A stretch of DNA of 64,000 nucleotides from the sequence record OP557970.1; one strand, 5' to 3'. The notes beneath the pieces were generated by a model. It was not told the DNA's origin. It worked only from the letters and a program-made list of their open reading frames with translations, and searched no databases. Positions 31,057-42,616 of the stretch are shown here, in pieces (positions within the stretch are counted from its first letter, which is position 1; each line of letters starts with the position of its first letter). The position numbers were made by a program, and so were the translations under genes. The DNA comes from Escherichia phage ph0021.

Positions 31057-31974
31057 TCAAAATTCATTAATGCTATTAGTTAATTTAGAAAGACCCGCTT
31101 TTACAAAATATGAATAAATTTTGCCACGCGGTGGTAATTTATATGAATTATAGTAATTCACAATGTTTGAAGCAATATTATCAGGAATATAATCAAAATC
31201 AATTAGAACTAAATTTTCTTTATATCGATTATATTCAGATTCAGTGAGAAGCACCTTAGCTTGCTCACGGTCATTAGCAATAGCTTCAACAATAGAGGTT
31301 TTCATTGAAGGAGTTCGTTCACCTTCAACTCTGGTAAACCAAAAGTCAGATCGTACTTTAACTGAAGCAACGTTATCCTTTTTGTCGCCTTTAAGGATTT
31401 TAGTCATACAGTCAATTTCAGCAGAACCACTTTTAATTTTAACCCATTTCTTGTGCATCGGTGACCATTGCTTAACATTTGGGTATTTATGAAGTTGAGT
31501 AAAGTCACCATCTGATGAAATGATTAAAATCTTATGTCCTTCTAAAGAGAACTTTTTAACAAGAACAGCAATGTGGTCATCTGCTTCATACTTATCAATA
31601 TCCATAACAATGTATGGCATATAAGCTTTCAATTCATCTATAACTTTATGACTGGATTCAAAATAACCTTCCCAGTCCCAAGTAGATTCTTCTCGTGCTT
31701 TTCCACGGTTTTTCTTGTAATAGTAAGCGAAATCACGACGCCAGTATCCAGATTTCGCGTTATCAATACACAGCACAATTTTAGTGTATCCAAGCGTTTT
31801 TGCTTTTTTGACATTAAACTTAATTGAGTTCAATATCAAATGACGAACCATTGATAAATTAATTTTTTCTTTATTTGGGAAGTTTACAAGAGCAGTTGAA
31901 AGTGCAATTTGACTAAAATCAATAAAGCAAATTCCTTCTTTATAATCTTCATCCAGCATCATTTCTAAATCCAT
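31057..31974 (-). CDS. rnh: RNase H (5'-3' exonuclease / flap endonuclease)
   Basis: 305 aa from MDLEMMLDEDYKEGICFIDFSQIALS; FEN-family acidic residues. Confidence 0.9.
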   Translation of the reverse strand: MDLEMMLDEDYKEGICFIDFSQIALSTALVNFPNKEKINLSMVRHLILNSIKFNVKKAKTLGYTKIVLCIDNAKSGYWRRDFAYYYKKNRGKAREESTWDWEGYFESSHKVIDELKAYMPYIVMDIDKYEADDHIAVLVKKFSLEGHKILIISSDGDFTQLHKYPNVKQWSPMHKKWVKIKSGSAEIDCMTKILKGDKKDNVASVKVRSDFWFTRVEGERTPSMKTSIVEAIANDREQAKVLLTESEYNRYKENLVLIDFDYIPDNIASNIVNYYNSYKLPPRGKIYSYFVKAGLSKLTNSINEF

Positions 31975-32036
31975 ATGAACCTCGTTCAATTAGTGAGATT
32001 TCTATTATATACTATCCAAATCTTAAAGTAAACAAG

Positions 32037-32044
32037 TATAAATA
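32037..32044 (+). promoter_or_regulatory. late promoter TATAAATA for gene 34
   Basis: Exact TATAAATA 35 nt upstream of the gene 34 ATG. Confidence 0.7.
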
Positions 32045-32078
32045 CTTATTATTGAAAACACAATAGGAGCCCGGGAGA

Positions 32079-35000
32079 ATGGCCGAGATTAAAAGAAAGT
32101 TCAGAGCAGAAGATGGTCTGGACGCAGGTGGCGATAAAATAATCAACGTAGCTTTAGCTGATCGTACCGTAGGAACTGACGGTGTTAACGTTGATTACTT
32201 AATTCAAGAAAACACAGTTCAGCAATATGATCCAACTCGTGGATATTTAAAAGATTTTGTAATCATTTATAATAATCGTTTTTGGGCAGCAACGGATAAT
32301 ATTCCAAAACCTGCTGGAAATTTTAATAGAATTCGTTGGAAAGCATTACGTACTGATGCTGTATATACAACTGTATCATCTGGACCATATCAATTAAAAT
32401 CCGGAGAAGCAATTTCAGTAGATACATCAGTTGGCAATGACATTGAGTTTACTTTACCACCTTCTCCACTTGATGGAGAAACCGTAATAATTCAAGATAT
32501 CGGTGGAAAACCTGGCATAAATCAGGTTAAAATAAATTCTTCAAATCAGAGTATTGTCAATTTTAGAGGTGAACAGGTACGTTCAGTTCTAATGACTCAT
32601 CCAAAGTCACAGATGATATTCATTTTTAATAATCGTTTGTGGCAAATGTATGTTGCTGATTATAGCAGAGAAGCTGCGATTGTTACTCCATCGACTGCAT
32701 ATCAAGCACAATCTAATGATTTTATCGTGCGTAGATTTACTTCCGCTGCGCCGATTAATGTTAAGCTTCCAAGATTTGCTAATCATGGCGATATTATTAA
32801 TTTCGTTGATTTAGATAAATTAAATCCACTTTATCATACAATTGTCACGACATATGATGAAACAACTTCAGTACAAGAAGTTGGAACTCATTCTATTGAA
32901 GGCCGTGCATCGATTGACGGTTTCTTGATGTTTGATGATAATGAAAAATTATGGAGATTGTTTGACGGGGATAGTAAAGCACGTTTACGCATTATAACAA
33001 CTAATTCTAATATTCGTCCAAATGAAGAAGTTATGGTATTTGGTGCGAATAACGGAACAGCCCAAACAATTGAACTTCAGCTTCCAACCGATATTTCCAT
33101 TGGTGATACTGTTAAAATTTCCATGAATTACATGAGAAAAGGACAAACAGTTAAAATCAAAGCTGCCGGTGAAGATAAAATTGCTTCTTCAGTTCAATTA
33201 CTGCAATTCCCAAAACGCTCAGAATATCCGCCTGAAGCTGAATGGGTGACTGTTCAAGAATTAGTTTTTAACGGTGAAACTAATTATGTTCCGGTTTTAC
33301 AACTTGCTTATATAGAAGATTCTGACGGAAAATACTGGGTTGTACAGCAAAACGTTCCAACAGTTGAAAGAGTCGATTCTTTAAATAATTCTACTAGAGC
33401 AAGATTAGGCGTAATAGCTTTAGCTACACAAGCTCAAGCAAATGCTGATTTAGAAAATTCTCCACAAAAAGAATTAGCAATTACACCAGAAACATTAGCT
33501 AACCGTACTGCTACAGAAACTCGCAGAGGTATTGCAAGAATAGCAACTACTGCTCAAGTAAATCAGAACACCACATTCTCTTTTGCAGATGACCTTATCA
33601 TCACTCCTAAAAAGCTGAATGAAAGAACTGCTACAGAAACTCGTAGAGGTGTCGCTGAAATTGCTACGCAGCAGGAAACTAATACAGGTACTGATGATAC
33701 TACAATCATCACTCCTAAAAAGCTTCAAGCTCGCCAAGGTTCTGAGTCATTATCTGGTATTGTAACCTTTGTATCTACGGCAGGTGCTACTCCAGCTTCT
33801 AGTCGTGAATTAAATGGTACAAATGTTTATAATAAAAACACTAATAACTTAGTTGTTTCACCTAAAGCCTTGGATCAGTATAAAGCTACTCCAACACAGC
33901 AAGGTGCAGTAATTTTAGCAGTTGAAAGTGAAGTAATTGCTGGACAAAGTCAGGAAGGATGGGCAAATGCTGTTGTAACGCCAGAAACGTTACATAAAAA
34001 GACATCAACTGATGGAAGAATTGGTTTAATTGAAATTGCTACGCAAAGTGAAGTTAATACAGGAACTGATTATACTCGTGCAGTCACTCCTAAAACTTTA
34101 AATGACCGTAGAGCAACTGAAAGTTTAAGTGGTATAGCTGAAATTGCTACACAAGTTGAATTCGACGCAGGCGTCGACGATACTCGTATCTCTACACCAT
34201 TAAAAATTAAAACTAGATTTAATAGTACTGATCGTACTTCTGTTGTTGCTCTATCTGGATTAGTTGAATCAGGAACTCTCTGGGACCATTATACCCTTAA
34301 TATTCTTGAAGCAAATGAGACACAGCGTGGCACACTTCGTGTGGCTACACAGGTTGAAGCTGCTGCAGGAACATTGGATAATGTTCTAATAACTCCTAAA
34401 AAGCTTTTAGGTACTAAATCTACTGAAGCGCAGGAAGGCGTTATTAAAGTTGCAACTCGGTCTGAAACTGTAGCTGGAACGTCAGCAAATACTGCTGTAT
34501 CTCCAAAAAATTTAAAATGGATTGTGCAGAGTGAACCTACTTGGGCAGCGACTACTGCGATAAGAGGTTTTGTTAAAACTTCGTCTGGTTCAATTACATT
34601 CGTTGGTAATGATACAGCTGGTTCAACACAGCCATTAGAATCATATGAGAAAAATGGTTATGCAGTATCACCATATGAATTAAATCGCGTATTAGCAAAT
34701 TATTTGCCGTTAAAAGCAAAAGCCGTAGATAGTAATTTACTGGATGGTCTAGATTCGCTCCAGTTCATTCGTAGGGACATTGCACAAACAGTTAATGGTT
34801 CACTAACCTTAACACAACAAACGAATCTGAGTGCCCCTCTTGTATCATCTAGTACTGCTACGTTCGGTGGATCAGTTTCAGCAAATAGTACACTAACTAT
34901 TTCTAATACTGGAACAGCAACTCGTCTGATTTTTGAGAAAGGACCTCAAACTGGAACAAACCCGGCTCAAACGATGACAGTCAGAGTGTGGGGAAATCAA

Positions 35001-35948
35001 TTTAGTGGGGAATCAGACACAACACGTTCTACCGTATTTGAAGTTAGTGATGAAACGTCTAGTCATTTTTATTCTCAGCGCAATAAAGCTGGAAATATAA
35101 CATTTAATATCAACGGTACAGTAACACCGATAAATGTTAATGCTTCAGGAACATTGAATGCAAATGGTGTAGCAACATTTGGTAATTCAGTCACTGCAAC
35201 TGGTGAAATTATTTCTCGAAGCGCAAATGCTTTCCGTGCTATTAACGGAAATTATGGTTTCATTGTTCGCAATGATGGGTCAGTAACGAATTTTATGCTT
35301 ACTGCATCGGGTGATCAGACTGGTGGATTTAATGGATTACGTCCTTTAGCTATTAATAATGCATCTGGTCAAGTAACGATTGGTGAAAGCTTAATCATTT
35401 CCAAAGGTGCTACTATAAGTTCAGGTGGTTTAACTGTTAACTCGAGAATTCGTTCTCAGGGTACTAAAACCTCTGATTTATATACCCGTGCGCCAACATC
35501 TGATACAGTAGGATTCTGGTCAATCGATATTAATGATTCAGCCACTTATAACCAGTTTCCGGGTTATTTTAAAATGGTTGAAAAAACTAATGAAGTTACT
35601 GGACTTCCATACTTAGAACGTGGTGAAGAAGTTAAATCTCCTGGTACATTGACTCAGTTTGGTAACACACTTGATTCACTTTACCAAGATTGGATTACTT
35701 ATCCAACGACTCCAGAAGCACGTACCACTCGCTGGACACGTACATGGCAGAAAACCAAAAACTCTTGGTCAAGTTTTGTTCAGGTATTTGACGGAGGTAA
35801 CCCTCCTCAACCTTCAGATATAGGAGCGATCCCATCTGATAACGGAATAATAGGTAATCTTACTATTCGCGATTTCTTGCGAATTGGTAATGTTCGCATT
35901 ATTCCTGACCCAGTGAATAAAACTGTTAAATTTGAGTGGATTGAATAA
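32079..35948 (+). CDS. 34: gp34 long tail fibre proximal subunit
   Basis: 1289 aa (T4 gp34 length); repetitive beta-rich fibre sequence. Confidence 0.95.
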   Translation: MAEIKRKFRAEDGLDAGGDKIINVALADRTVGTDGVNVDYLIQENTVQQYDPTRGYLKDFVIIYNNRFWAATDNIPKPAGNFNRIRWKALRTDAVYTTVSSGPYQLKSGEAISVDTSVGNDIEFTLPPSPLDGETVIIQDIGGKPGINQVKINSSNQSIVNFRGEQVRSVLMTHPKSQMIFIFNNRLWQMYVADYSREAAIVTPSTAYQAQSNDFIVRRFTSAAPINVKLPRFANHGDIINFVDLDKLNPLYHTIVTTYDETTSVQEVGTHSIEGRASIDGFLMFDDNEKLWRLFDGDSKARLRIITTNSNIRPNEEVMVFGANNGTAQTIELQLPTDISIGDTVKISMNYMRKGQTVKIKAAGEDKIASSVQLLQFPKRSEYPPEAEWVTVQELVFNGETNYVPVLQLAYIEDSDGKYWVVQQNVPTVERVDSLNNSTRARLGVIALATQAQANADLENSPQKELAITPETLANRTATETRRGIARIATTAQVNQNTTFSFADDLIITPKKLNERTATETRRGVAEIATQQETNTGTDDTTIITPKKLQARQGSESLSGIVTFVSTAGATPASSRELNGTNVYNKNTNNLVVSPKALDQYKATPTQQGAVILAVESEVIAGQSQEGWANAVVTPETLHKKTSTDGRIGLIEIATQSEVNTGTDYTRAVTPKTLNDRRATESLSGIAEIATQVEFDAGVDDTRISTPLKIKTRFNSTDRTSVVALSGLVESGTLWDHYTLNILEANETQRGTLRVATQVEAAAGTLDNVLITPKKLLGTKSTEAQEGVIKVATRSETVAGTSANTAVSPKNLKWIVQSEPTWAATTAIRGFVKTSSGSITFVGNDTAGSTQPLESYEKNGYAVSPYELNRVLANYLPLKAKAVDSNLLDGLDSLQFIRRDIAQTVNGSLTLTQQTNLSAPLVSSSTATFGGSVSANSTLTISNTGTATRLIFEKGPQTGTNPAQTMTVRVWGNQFSGESDTTRSTVFEVSDETSSHFYSQRNKAGNITFNINGTVTPINVNASGTLNANGVATFGNSVTATGEIISRSANAFRAINGNYGFIVRNDGSVTNFMLTASGDQTGGFNGLRPLAINNASGQVTIGESLIISKGATISSGGLTVNSRIRSQGTKTSDLYTRAPTSDTVGFWSIDINDSATYNQFPGYFKMVEKTNEVTGLPYLERGEEVKSPGTLTQFGNTLDSLYQDWITYPTTPEARTTRWTRTWQKTKNSWSSFVQVFDGGNPPQPSDIGAIPSDNGIIGNLTIRDFLRIGNVRIIPDPVNKTVKFEWIE

Positions 35949-35956
35949 GAGGTATT

Positions 35957-37072
35957 ATGGAAAAATTTATGGCAGAGTTTGGACAAGGATACGTCCAAAC
36001 GCCATTTTTATCGGAAAGTAATTCAGTAAGATATAAAATAAGTATAGCGGGTTCTTGCCCGCTTTCTACAGCAGGACCATATGTTAAATTTCAGGATAAT
36101 CCTGTCGGAAATCAAACATTTAGCGCAGGTCTTCATTTAAGAGTTTTTGACCCTTCAACAGGAGCATTAGTTGATAGTAAGTCATATGCTTTTTCTACTT
36201 CAAACAATACAACATCTGCCGCTTTTGTTAGTTTCATGAATTCTTTGTCAAACAATAGACTTGTTGCTATATTAACTAGCGGAAAGGTTAATTTTCCTCC
36301 TGAAGTGGTATCTTGGTTAAGGGGAGCAGGAACTTCAGTTTTTCCATCAGATTCAGTATTGTCAAGATTTGACGTATCATATGCTGCTTTTTATACTTCT
36401 TCTAAAAGAGCTATTGCATTAGAGCATGTTAAACTAAGTAATAGAAAAAGCACAGATGATTATCAAACTATTTTAGATGTTGTATTTGATAGTTTAGAAG
36501 ACGTCGGAGCTACGGGATTTCCTAAAAGAACATATGAAAGTGTCGAGCAATTTATGTCAGCGGTTGGTGGAACTAATAATGAAATTGCGCGTTTGCCAAC
36601 TTCATCCGCGATAAGTAAATTATCTGATTATAATTTAATTCCTGGTGATGTTCTTTATCTTAAAGCACAGTTATATGCTGATGCTGATTTACTCGATCTT
36701 GGAACTACAAACATATCCATTCGTTTTTATGATGCATCAAATGGATATATTTCCTCTACCCAAGCTGAGTTTACTGGGCAAGCTGGGTCTTGGGAATTAA
36801 AGGAAGATTATGTAGTTGTTCCTGAAAATGCAGTCGGATTTACTATATATGCGCAGAGAACTGCTCAAGCTGGTCAAGGCGGAATGAGGAATTTAAGCTT
36901 TTCTGAAGTATCAAGAAATGGCGGCATTTCAAAACCTGCCGAATTTGGCGTCAACGGTATTCGCGTTAATTATGTCTGTGAATCGGCTTCACCTCCAGAT
37001 ATAATGGTACTTCCTACACAAGCCTCTTCTAAAACTGGCAAAGTGTTTGGGCAAGAATTTAGAGAAGTTTAA
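35957..37072 (+). CDS. 35: gp35 long tail fibre hinge
   Basis: 371 aa; position after gene 34. Confidence 0.85.
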   Translation: MEKFMAEFGQGYVQTPFLSESNSVRYKISIAGSCPLSTAGPYVKFQDNPVGNQTFSAGLHLRVFDPSTGALVDSKSYAFSTSNNTTSAAFVSFMNSLSNNRLVAILTSGKVNFPPEVVSWLRGAGTSVFPSDSVLSRFDVSYAAFYTSSKRAIALEHVKLSNRKSTDDYQTILDVVFDSLEDVGATGFPKRTYESVEQFMSAVGGTNNEIARLPTSSAISKLSDYNLIPGDVLYLKAQLYADADLLDLGTTNISIRFYDASNGYISSTQAEFTGQAGSWELKEDYVVVPENAVGFTIYAQRTAQAGQGGMRNLSFSEVSRNGGISKPAEFGVNGIRVNYVCESASPPDIMVLPTQASSKTGKVFGQEFREV

Positions 37073-37075
37073 ACT

Positions 37076-37100
37076 GAGGGAGCCTTCGGGTTCCCTTTTT
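37076..37100 (+). terminator. rho-independent terminator after gene 35
   Basis: Hairpin gggagccttcgggttccc followed by tttttcttt. Confidence 0.6.
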
Positions 37101-37103
37101 CTT

Positions 37104-37111
37104 TATAAATA
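37104..37111 (+). promoter_or_regulatory. late promoter TATAAATA for gene 36
   Basis: Exact TATAAATA 24 nt upstream of the gene 36 ATG. Confidence 0.7.
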
Positions 37112-37134
37112 ATATTAAAATAAAGGGGCATATA

Positions 37135-37785
37135 ATGGCTGATTTAAAAGTAGGTTCAACTGTAGGTGGATCTGTCATTTGGCATCAAGGAAATTTTCCA
37201 TTGAATTCAGCCGGTGACGATGTACTCTACAAATCATTTAAAATATATTCAGAATATAATAAACCACAGGCAGCTGATAACGATTTCGTTTCTAAAGCTA
37301 ATGGTGGTACTTACACCGGTCCAATTACTATTAATTACGGGGTAAATAGTTATCTTCAATTAAGTAATAATGAAACCCCCATTCGAATTCGTTCTGGTGG
37401 CGGTACCGGTAATACTCTTGTAGTTGGCGGCTCTTCCGGTGGTATTAGTTTTAGACCTGCAGGTAGTGAAATCACTACTGGACAAATTACCATTACGCCA
37501 GAAGGTTTGACAACATTTACCAGGGCTGTAACGGCTCCATCGGTAACTGTTACATCTACTCCTTCCGCAGCATCTGATGTTACTCGTAAAGATTATGTTG
37601 ATGGAGCAATAAATACTGTTACAGCAAATGCAAACTCTAGGGTATTACGCTCTGGAGACACTATGACAGGAAATTTAACTGCGCCAAACCTTTTTTCACA
37701 GAATCCTGCATCTCAACCTTCACACGTTCCACGATTTGACCAAATCGTAATGAAGGATTCTGTTCAAGATTTCGGCTATTATTAA
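37135..37785 (+). CDS. 36: gp36 long tail fibre distal connector
   Basis: 216 aa; position and Gly/Thr-rich fibre composition. Confidence 0.85.
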   Translation: MADLKVGSTVGGSVIWHQGNFPLNSAGDDVLYKSFKIYSEYNKPQAADNDFVSKANGGTYTGPITINYGVNSYLQLSNNETPIRIRSGGGTGNTLVVGGSSGGISFRPAGSEITTGQITITPEGLTTFTRAVTAPSVTVTSTPSAASDVTRKDYVDGAINTVTANANSRVLRSGDTMTGNLTAPNLFSQNPASQPSHVPRFDQIVMKDSVQDFGYY

Positions 37786-37793
37786 GAGGACTT

Positions 37794-40760
37794 ATGGCTA
37801 CTTTAAAACAAATACAATTTAAAAGAAGCAAAACTGCAGGTCAACGTCCTGCTGCTTCAGTATTAGCCGAAGGTGAATTGGCTATAAACTTAAAAGATAA
37901 AACAATTTTCACAAAAGATGACTCAGGTAGTGTTATAGAATTAGGTTTAAAATATGGAGGAACAATTGATGGTTCTTTAACTGTTAATGGAAACATAATT
38001 GGAAATTTAACAGGTAACGCTGCAACTGCAACGAAATTAAAAACAGCACGAAAAATTAATGGTATATCCTTTGATGGGTCAAAAGATATCACGCTAACTC
38101 CATCTGACATAAATGTCAATAGCACAACGTTTATAAAAAATAACGGCGAATTACCTGTTGATGCTAATTTAGATGAGTATGGGCCTGTTGAAGAATATCT
38201 TGGAGTTTGGTCGAAAGCAACTTCAACCAACGCTCAACCAGCAAATAAATTTCCAGAAGAAAATGCTGTAGGTGTTCTAGAAGTATTTGTGGCCGGTCAA
38301 TTTGCTGGTACTCAGAGATATACAACTAGATACGGAAATGTTTATATTCGTTCCTTGACTGCTACATGGAACGGAGTAAATGGTCCGTGGAGTGTGTGGC
38401 GAAATATTCAATCCGGTACTCGTCCACTGTCAACAACAATTGATCTTAATGATCTAGGAGGCGCTGAACACCTTGGTTTGTGGCGAAATAGTTCAAATTC
38501 CATTGCTACCTTTGACAGAAATTTCCCAGAAGAGGGGTCGTCAGCTCAAGGTCTTTTGGAAGTATCTGAAGGTGGAAACTATTCTCGTACACAAAGATAT
38601 ACAACCAGATTTGGAGTTGTTTATACTCGCTGTCTTACTGCTGCATGGGATGCATCTGCGCCTAAATGGGGACCGTGGCAACAAGTCGGTAATGTCACAC
38701 CGGCGACTTTCTATGATGGAGATCTGAATGATTTTAAAACTCCTGGGTTATATAATATTTTAGGCACTGATGCCGTTATTAACTGTCCTACAGGTGAAGG
38801 TTTGCCGACTGTTATTGTTGGTTTGCTGGAAGTTAAACAGCGTGCTTCTGGCGGTGCTATTTTCCAAAAATTTACTACTGCCGGAACAGGTGCAACTACT
38901 CGCGATCGTATTTTTGAGCGTGCATATACTGGTGGTGCGTGGGGTGCATGGAACGAAGTATATACATCTTATTCTCTGCCAATTACTTTGGGTATGGGTG
39001 GTATTAAAGCTCAATTAGCGGAGTTAGATTGGCAAACCTTTGATTTTGTCCCTGGTAGTATGTTTAGTGTTCCTTTGAACAAAATAAAGAATATGCCCGC
39101 AAATATGGATTGGGGCACGATTGATGGAAACCTGGTTATGTTTTCCGTTGGTCCTAGCGAACACACTAGCACAGGACGTACTGTTCAGATTTGGCGTGGT
39201 ACTGTATCCCAGACAAACTACCGTTATTTTGTCGTTCGTGTATTCGGTAATTCAGGAAATAGAACTTGCACAGTTCGTCGTGTTGTTCTTGAAGACGGAT
39301 CACATACTTGGACTGCTAAACAAGATTTTAATGGCGCAGTTAACTTTAACTCTACTGTTAACCTTAATAACACTACCACATTTAAAACAGAAGTTAAATT
39401 TCGCTCATTGAATGCATTCCGTATGTATGGCGGAAAATTTGGTACATTTTTACGTAATGATGGAGAGAGTCTTTATATTCTTTCCACCGACGAAGATGAT
39501 CAAGATGGAAACTTTAATACAAATAGACCTTTCCGTTATGAATTAAGAACTGGTGATGTTACTTTAGGTGGTATTAGTGGTGCTAACGTTTTAAAATTAA
39601 AACGTGATTCTCTCACCGCATTTTTTGGTGGTGATATTAACATGAAAGGCTTGATGACTTTTGACGCCGGACGTTTAGGATCACGAGATTATTTTAAATT
39701 TAACCATTGGGGTGATAGTAATAATGCGCGTGATAACATTATTCAGTTAGAAGACAGCAAAGGCGCTCATTTTTCCACTGAACGTACTTTAGCGACTGGT
39801 GCAATTAAGACTAAATTTTTTGGTGAAATTGAATCCGATGGTAAATTGGTTATTAAACGTCCGGGTGATTCTATTGTATTATCAGCACCTGCTAATAATT
39901 CTTTGCATATTCGCGGTGATATAGACGGGACTGGTAACTGGTATATTGGTAAAGGTGGTACTGATAATGGATTAGCGTTCTATAGTTATGCTACTAATGC
40001 TGGTGTATACATTACAAACGCAGGAGATATCTCGCTAAGTCCAAAGGGTGCCGAAATGGCTCAGGTCAATAACGTTCGATTATATGTTCATGGTGAACGT
40101 TGGACCGCTAGTCAACCAGGTGATTGGGGCAGTCAGTGGCAAGTGGAAGCGCCAATATTCGTCGATCATGGTTATGTTGGATCAGATAGCTATTATCCAA
40201 TTATTAAAGGAAGAAGTGTAGTCACCAATCAAGGGTTTGTAACTGCCGTCGATCTTGGTATTCGTCGTGTCAATAACAATTGGGGACAAGCAATTATTCG
40301 TGTTGGATCTGCGGAGGCATCGCCAGCGGCTGGACACCCTAACGCGGTATTTGAATTTCATTACGACGGTACTTTCTATTCTCCTGGTAATGGTAACTTT
40401 AACGATGTGTATATTCGTTCCGATGGTCGTCTTAAGATTAATAAAAAAGAGCTAGAAAACGGAGCACTTGAAAAAGTATGCCGACTGAAAGTTTATATTT
40501 ACGATAAGGTTAAGTCTATTAAAGACCGTAGTGTTATTAAACGCGAAGTTGGTATTATTGCTCAGGATCTTGAAAAAGAATTACCGGAAGCTGTGTCTAA
40601 AGTTGAAGTTGATGGATCTGATGTTCTGACAATTTCTAACTCCGCTGTGAATGCTCTTTTAATTAAGGCTATCCAAGAAATGAGCGAAGAAATTAAAGAA
40701 TTAAAAACGCCTTTCTTCACTAAAATTGCTCGCAAAATTAGTAAATATTTTAAATTCTAA
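37794..40760 (+). CDS. 37: gp37 long tail fibre distal subunit with C-terminal chaperone-like tail
   Basis: 988 aa fibre protein; last ~110 aa switch to a charged helical segment ([12 protein letters not shown] ... EEIKELK). Confidence 0.9.
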   Translation: MATLKQIQFKRSKTAGQRPAASVLAEGELAINLKDKTIFTKDDSGSVIELGLKYGGTIDGSLTVNGNIIGNLTGNAATATKLKTARKINGISFDGSKDITLTPSDINVNSTTFIKNNGELPVDANLDEYGPVEEYLGVWSKATSTNAQPANKFPEENAVGVLEVFVAGQFAGTQRYTTRYGNVYIRSLTATWNGVNGPWSVWRNIQSGTRPLSTTIDLNDLGGAEHLGLWRNSSNSIATFDRNFPEEGSSAQGLLEVSEGGNYSRTQRYTTRFGVVYTRCLTAAWDASAPKWGPWQQVGNVTPATFYDGDLNDFKTPGLYNILGTDAVINCPTGEGLPTVIVGLLEVKQRASGGAIFQKFTTAGTGATTRDRIFERAYTGGAWGAWNEVYTSYSLPITLGMGGIKAQLAELDWQTFDFVPGSMFSVPLNKIKNMPANMDWGTIDGNLVMFSVGPSEHTSTGRTVQIWRGTVSQTNYRYFVVRVFGNSGNRTCTVRRVVLEDGSHTWTAKQDFNGAVNFNSTVNLNNTTTFKTEVKFRSLNAFRMYGGKFGTFLRNDGESLYILSTDEDDQDGNFNTNRPFRYELRTGDVTLGGISGANVLKLKRDSLTAFFGGDINMKGLMTFDAGRLGSRDYFKFNHWGDSNNARDNIIQLEDSKGAHFSTERTLATGAIKTKFFGEIESDGKLVIKRPGDSIVLSAPANNSLHIRGDIDGTGNWYIGKGGTDNGLAFYSYATNAGVYITNAGDISLSPKGAEMAQVNNVRLYVHGERWTASQPGDWGSQWQVEAPIFVDHGYVGSDSYYPIIKGRSVVTNQGFVTAVDLGIRRVNNNWGQAIIRVGSAEASPAAGHPNAVFEFHYDGTFYSPGNGNFNDVYIRSDGRLKINKKELENGALEKVCRLKVYIYDKVKSIKDRSVIKREVGIIAQDLEKELPEAVSKVEVDGSDVLTISNSAVNALLIKAIQEMSEEIKELKTPFFTKIARKISKYFKF

Positions 40761-40763
40761 CAA

Positions 40764-40790
40764 CAAGGGGCAACGCCCCCTTTGGAGATA
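40764..40790 (+). terminator. hairpin between genes 37 and 38 (attenuator-like)
   Basis: aaggggcaacgccccctt hairpin immediately before the gene 38 RBS. Confidence 0.4.
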
Positions 40791-40794
40791 AATT

Positions 40795-41595
40795 ATGGCA
40801 GTAGTTGGTGTTCCTGGTTGGATTGGTAGTTCATCCGTAAATGAAACAGGACAACGATGGATGAGTCAAGCGGCTGGTCAATTAAGATTGGGTGTTCCTT
40901 GCTGGATGAGTCAATTTGCAGGTCGCTCACGAGAAATTATTCATACACTTGGAGCAGACCATAACTTCAATGGTCAATGGTTCCGAGATAGATGTTTTGA
41001 GGCCGGTAGTGCACCTATAGTGTTTAATATTACAGGTGATTTAGTATCATATTCTAAAGATGTTCCTTTATTCTTCATGTACGGGGATACGCCTAATGAA
41101 TATGTTGTTCTTAATATTCATGGTGGTGTTCATATGTGGGGTCGTGGTGGTAATGGTGGATACACTCACTCAGGAGGCGACGGTAACGGTACACAAGGCG
41201 GTCATGTTATTCAAAATGATATCGGCGGACGGCTTCGTATTTGGAACTACGGTGTTATAGCTGCTGGCGGTGGCGGTGGCGGTGGTATTGCATATCGTCC
41301 ACACTCAGGGGCAAACTGGCAAGATATCGGTGGCGGTGGTGGTCGACCTTTCGGTGGCGCTGGCGGTGGCGGTTATTCCGGTGGTGCTGCTTCGTATGAA
41401 GGTCCGGGTGGTGGTTATGACTATGGTAACGCACACTCCGGCGCTGGTGGTAATGCTGGTGCTGCTGGTCAGAATGCATGGTCTGACGGCGGTAAAGTTC
41501 TTAAAGTTGGTGTTGGTGGTGCGTCTGGTCATGCAGTGTTTGGATCTTCTCCAACTTGGGGTGTTGTTGGAACAATTTACGGACCAAGAGTATAA
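40795..41595 (+). CDS. 38: gp38 receptor-binding adhesin, T2-type with glycine-rich motifs
   Basis: 266 aa; N-terminus [13 protein letters not shown] and multiple poly-Gly blocks (GRGGNGG, GGGGGGG, GGAGGGG) separated by variable segments. Confidence 0.9.
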   Translation: MAVVGVPGWIGSSSVNETGQRWMSQAAGQLRLGVPCWMSQFAGRSREIIHTLGADHNFNGQWFRDRCFEAGSAPIVFNITGDLVSYSKDVPLFFMYGDTPNEYVVLNIHGGVHMWGRGGNGGYTHSGGDGNGTQGGHVIQNDIGGRLRIWNYGVIAAGGGGGGGIAYRPHSGANWQDIGGGGGRPFGGAGGGGYSGGAASYEGPGGGYDYGNAHSGAGGNAGAAGQNAWSDGGKVLKVGVGGASGHAVFGSSPTWGVVGTIYGPRV

Positions 41596-41625
41596 TGTGA
41601 ATAAATACCCTTAAAAGGAGGGTCT

Positions 41626-42282
41626 ATGGCAGCACCTAGAATATCATTTTCGCCCTCTGATATTCTATTTGGTGTTCTAGATCGCTTGTTCAAAGATAAT
41701 GCTACCGGGAAAGTTCTTGCTTCCCGGGTAGCTGTCGTAATTCTTTTGTTTATAATGGCGATTGTATGGTATAGGGGAGATAGTTTCTTTGAGTACTATA
41801 AGCAATCAAAGTATGAAACATACAGTGAAATTATTGAAAAGGAAAGAAATGCACGCTTTGAATCTGTCGCCCTGGAACAACTCCAGATAGTTCATATATC
41901 ATCTGAGGCAGACTTTAGTGCGGTGTATTCTTTCCGCCCTAAAAACTTAAACTATTTTGTTGATATTATAGCATATGAAGGAAGATTACCTTCAACAATA
42001 ACTGAAAAATCACTTGGAGGATATCCTGTTGATAAAACTATGGATGAATATACAGTTCATTTAAATGGACGTCATTATTATTCCAACTCAAAATTTGCTT
42101 TTTTACCAACTAAAAAGCCTACTCCCGAAATAAACTACATGTACAGTTGTCCATATTTTAATTTGGATAATATCTATGCTGGAACGATAACCATGTACTG
42201 GTATAGAAATGATCATATAAGTAATGACCGCCTTGAATCAATATGTGCTCAGGCGGCCAGAATATTAGGAAGGGCTAAATAA
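41626..42282 (+). CDS. t: holin T
   Basis: 218 aa; MAAPRISFSPSDILFGVLDRLFKDN and single TM helix as in T4 holin. Confidence 0.95.
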   Translation: MAAPRISFSPSDILFGVLDRLFKDNATGKVLASRVAVVILLFIMAIVWYRGDSFFEYYKQSKYETYSEIIEKERNARFESVALEQLQIVHISSEADFSAVYSFRPKNLNYFVDIIAYEGRLPSTITEKSLGGYPVDKTMDEYTVHLNGRHYYSNSKFAFLPTKKPTPEINYMYSCPYFNLDNIYAGTITMYWYRNDHISNDRLESICAQAARILGRAK

Positions 42283-42555
42283 TTATTTGTTCGTATACAT
42301 CTCTAGATATCGATATACACCCTCAAAACCCTCGTTGAATTCGTCGATGAGGGTTTTCTTATCTTCTTGAGTTAATTCAGAAACAATTTTACGGAATGAA
42401 TTCTGATTTAACTTTCTACCTTCATGCGTTACTCCAATCTCATTCAGAAATGCAATAAAATTAGCACGATTCTCAACAATATCTTCTCTGGAAAATTTAA
42501 TCAAAATAGACGCAACAGTAATAATTTCACGAACTGTATCAATATTTTTATTCAT
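42283..42555 (-). CDS. asiA: AsiA anti-sigma70 factor
   Basis: 90 aa starting MNKNIDTVREIITVASILIKFSREDIVENRANFIAFLNEIG. Confidence 0.9.
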   Translation of the reverse strand: MNKNIDTVREIITVASILIKFSREDIVENRANFIAFLNEIGVTHEGRKLNQNSFRKIVSELTQEDKKTLIDEFNEGFEGVYRYLEMYTNK

Positions 42556-42584
42556 TAACTATACCACTCAATTAGTTGACTTTG

Positions 42585-42616
42585 TTATAATATCATCAGA
42601 CGTTTGTTTTGTAAAC
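42585..42616 (-). promoter_or_regulatory. T4-type early promoter for asiA
   Basis: GTTTAC (42611..42616) with TATTATAA -10 on minus strand. Confidence 0.55.

Noticed and set aside
33495-33737. 80 aa antisense ORF
   Set aside because: Inside gene 34 on the opposite strand; repetitive fibre sequence generates spurious frames.
41255-41532. Minus-strand ORFs encoding His/Arg-rich or Thr-rich peptides (74 and 75 aa) plus a plus-strand 114 aa ORF
   Set aside because: They lie entirely inside gene 38 and are out-of-frame or antisense readings of its GC-rich glycine-codon repeats; open frames here are a compositional artefact.
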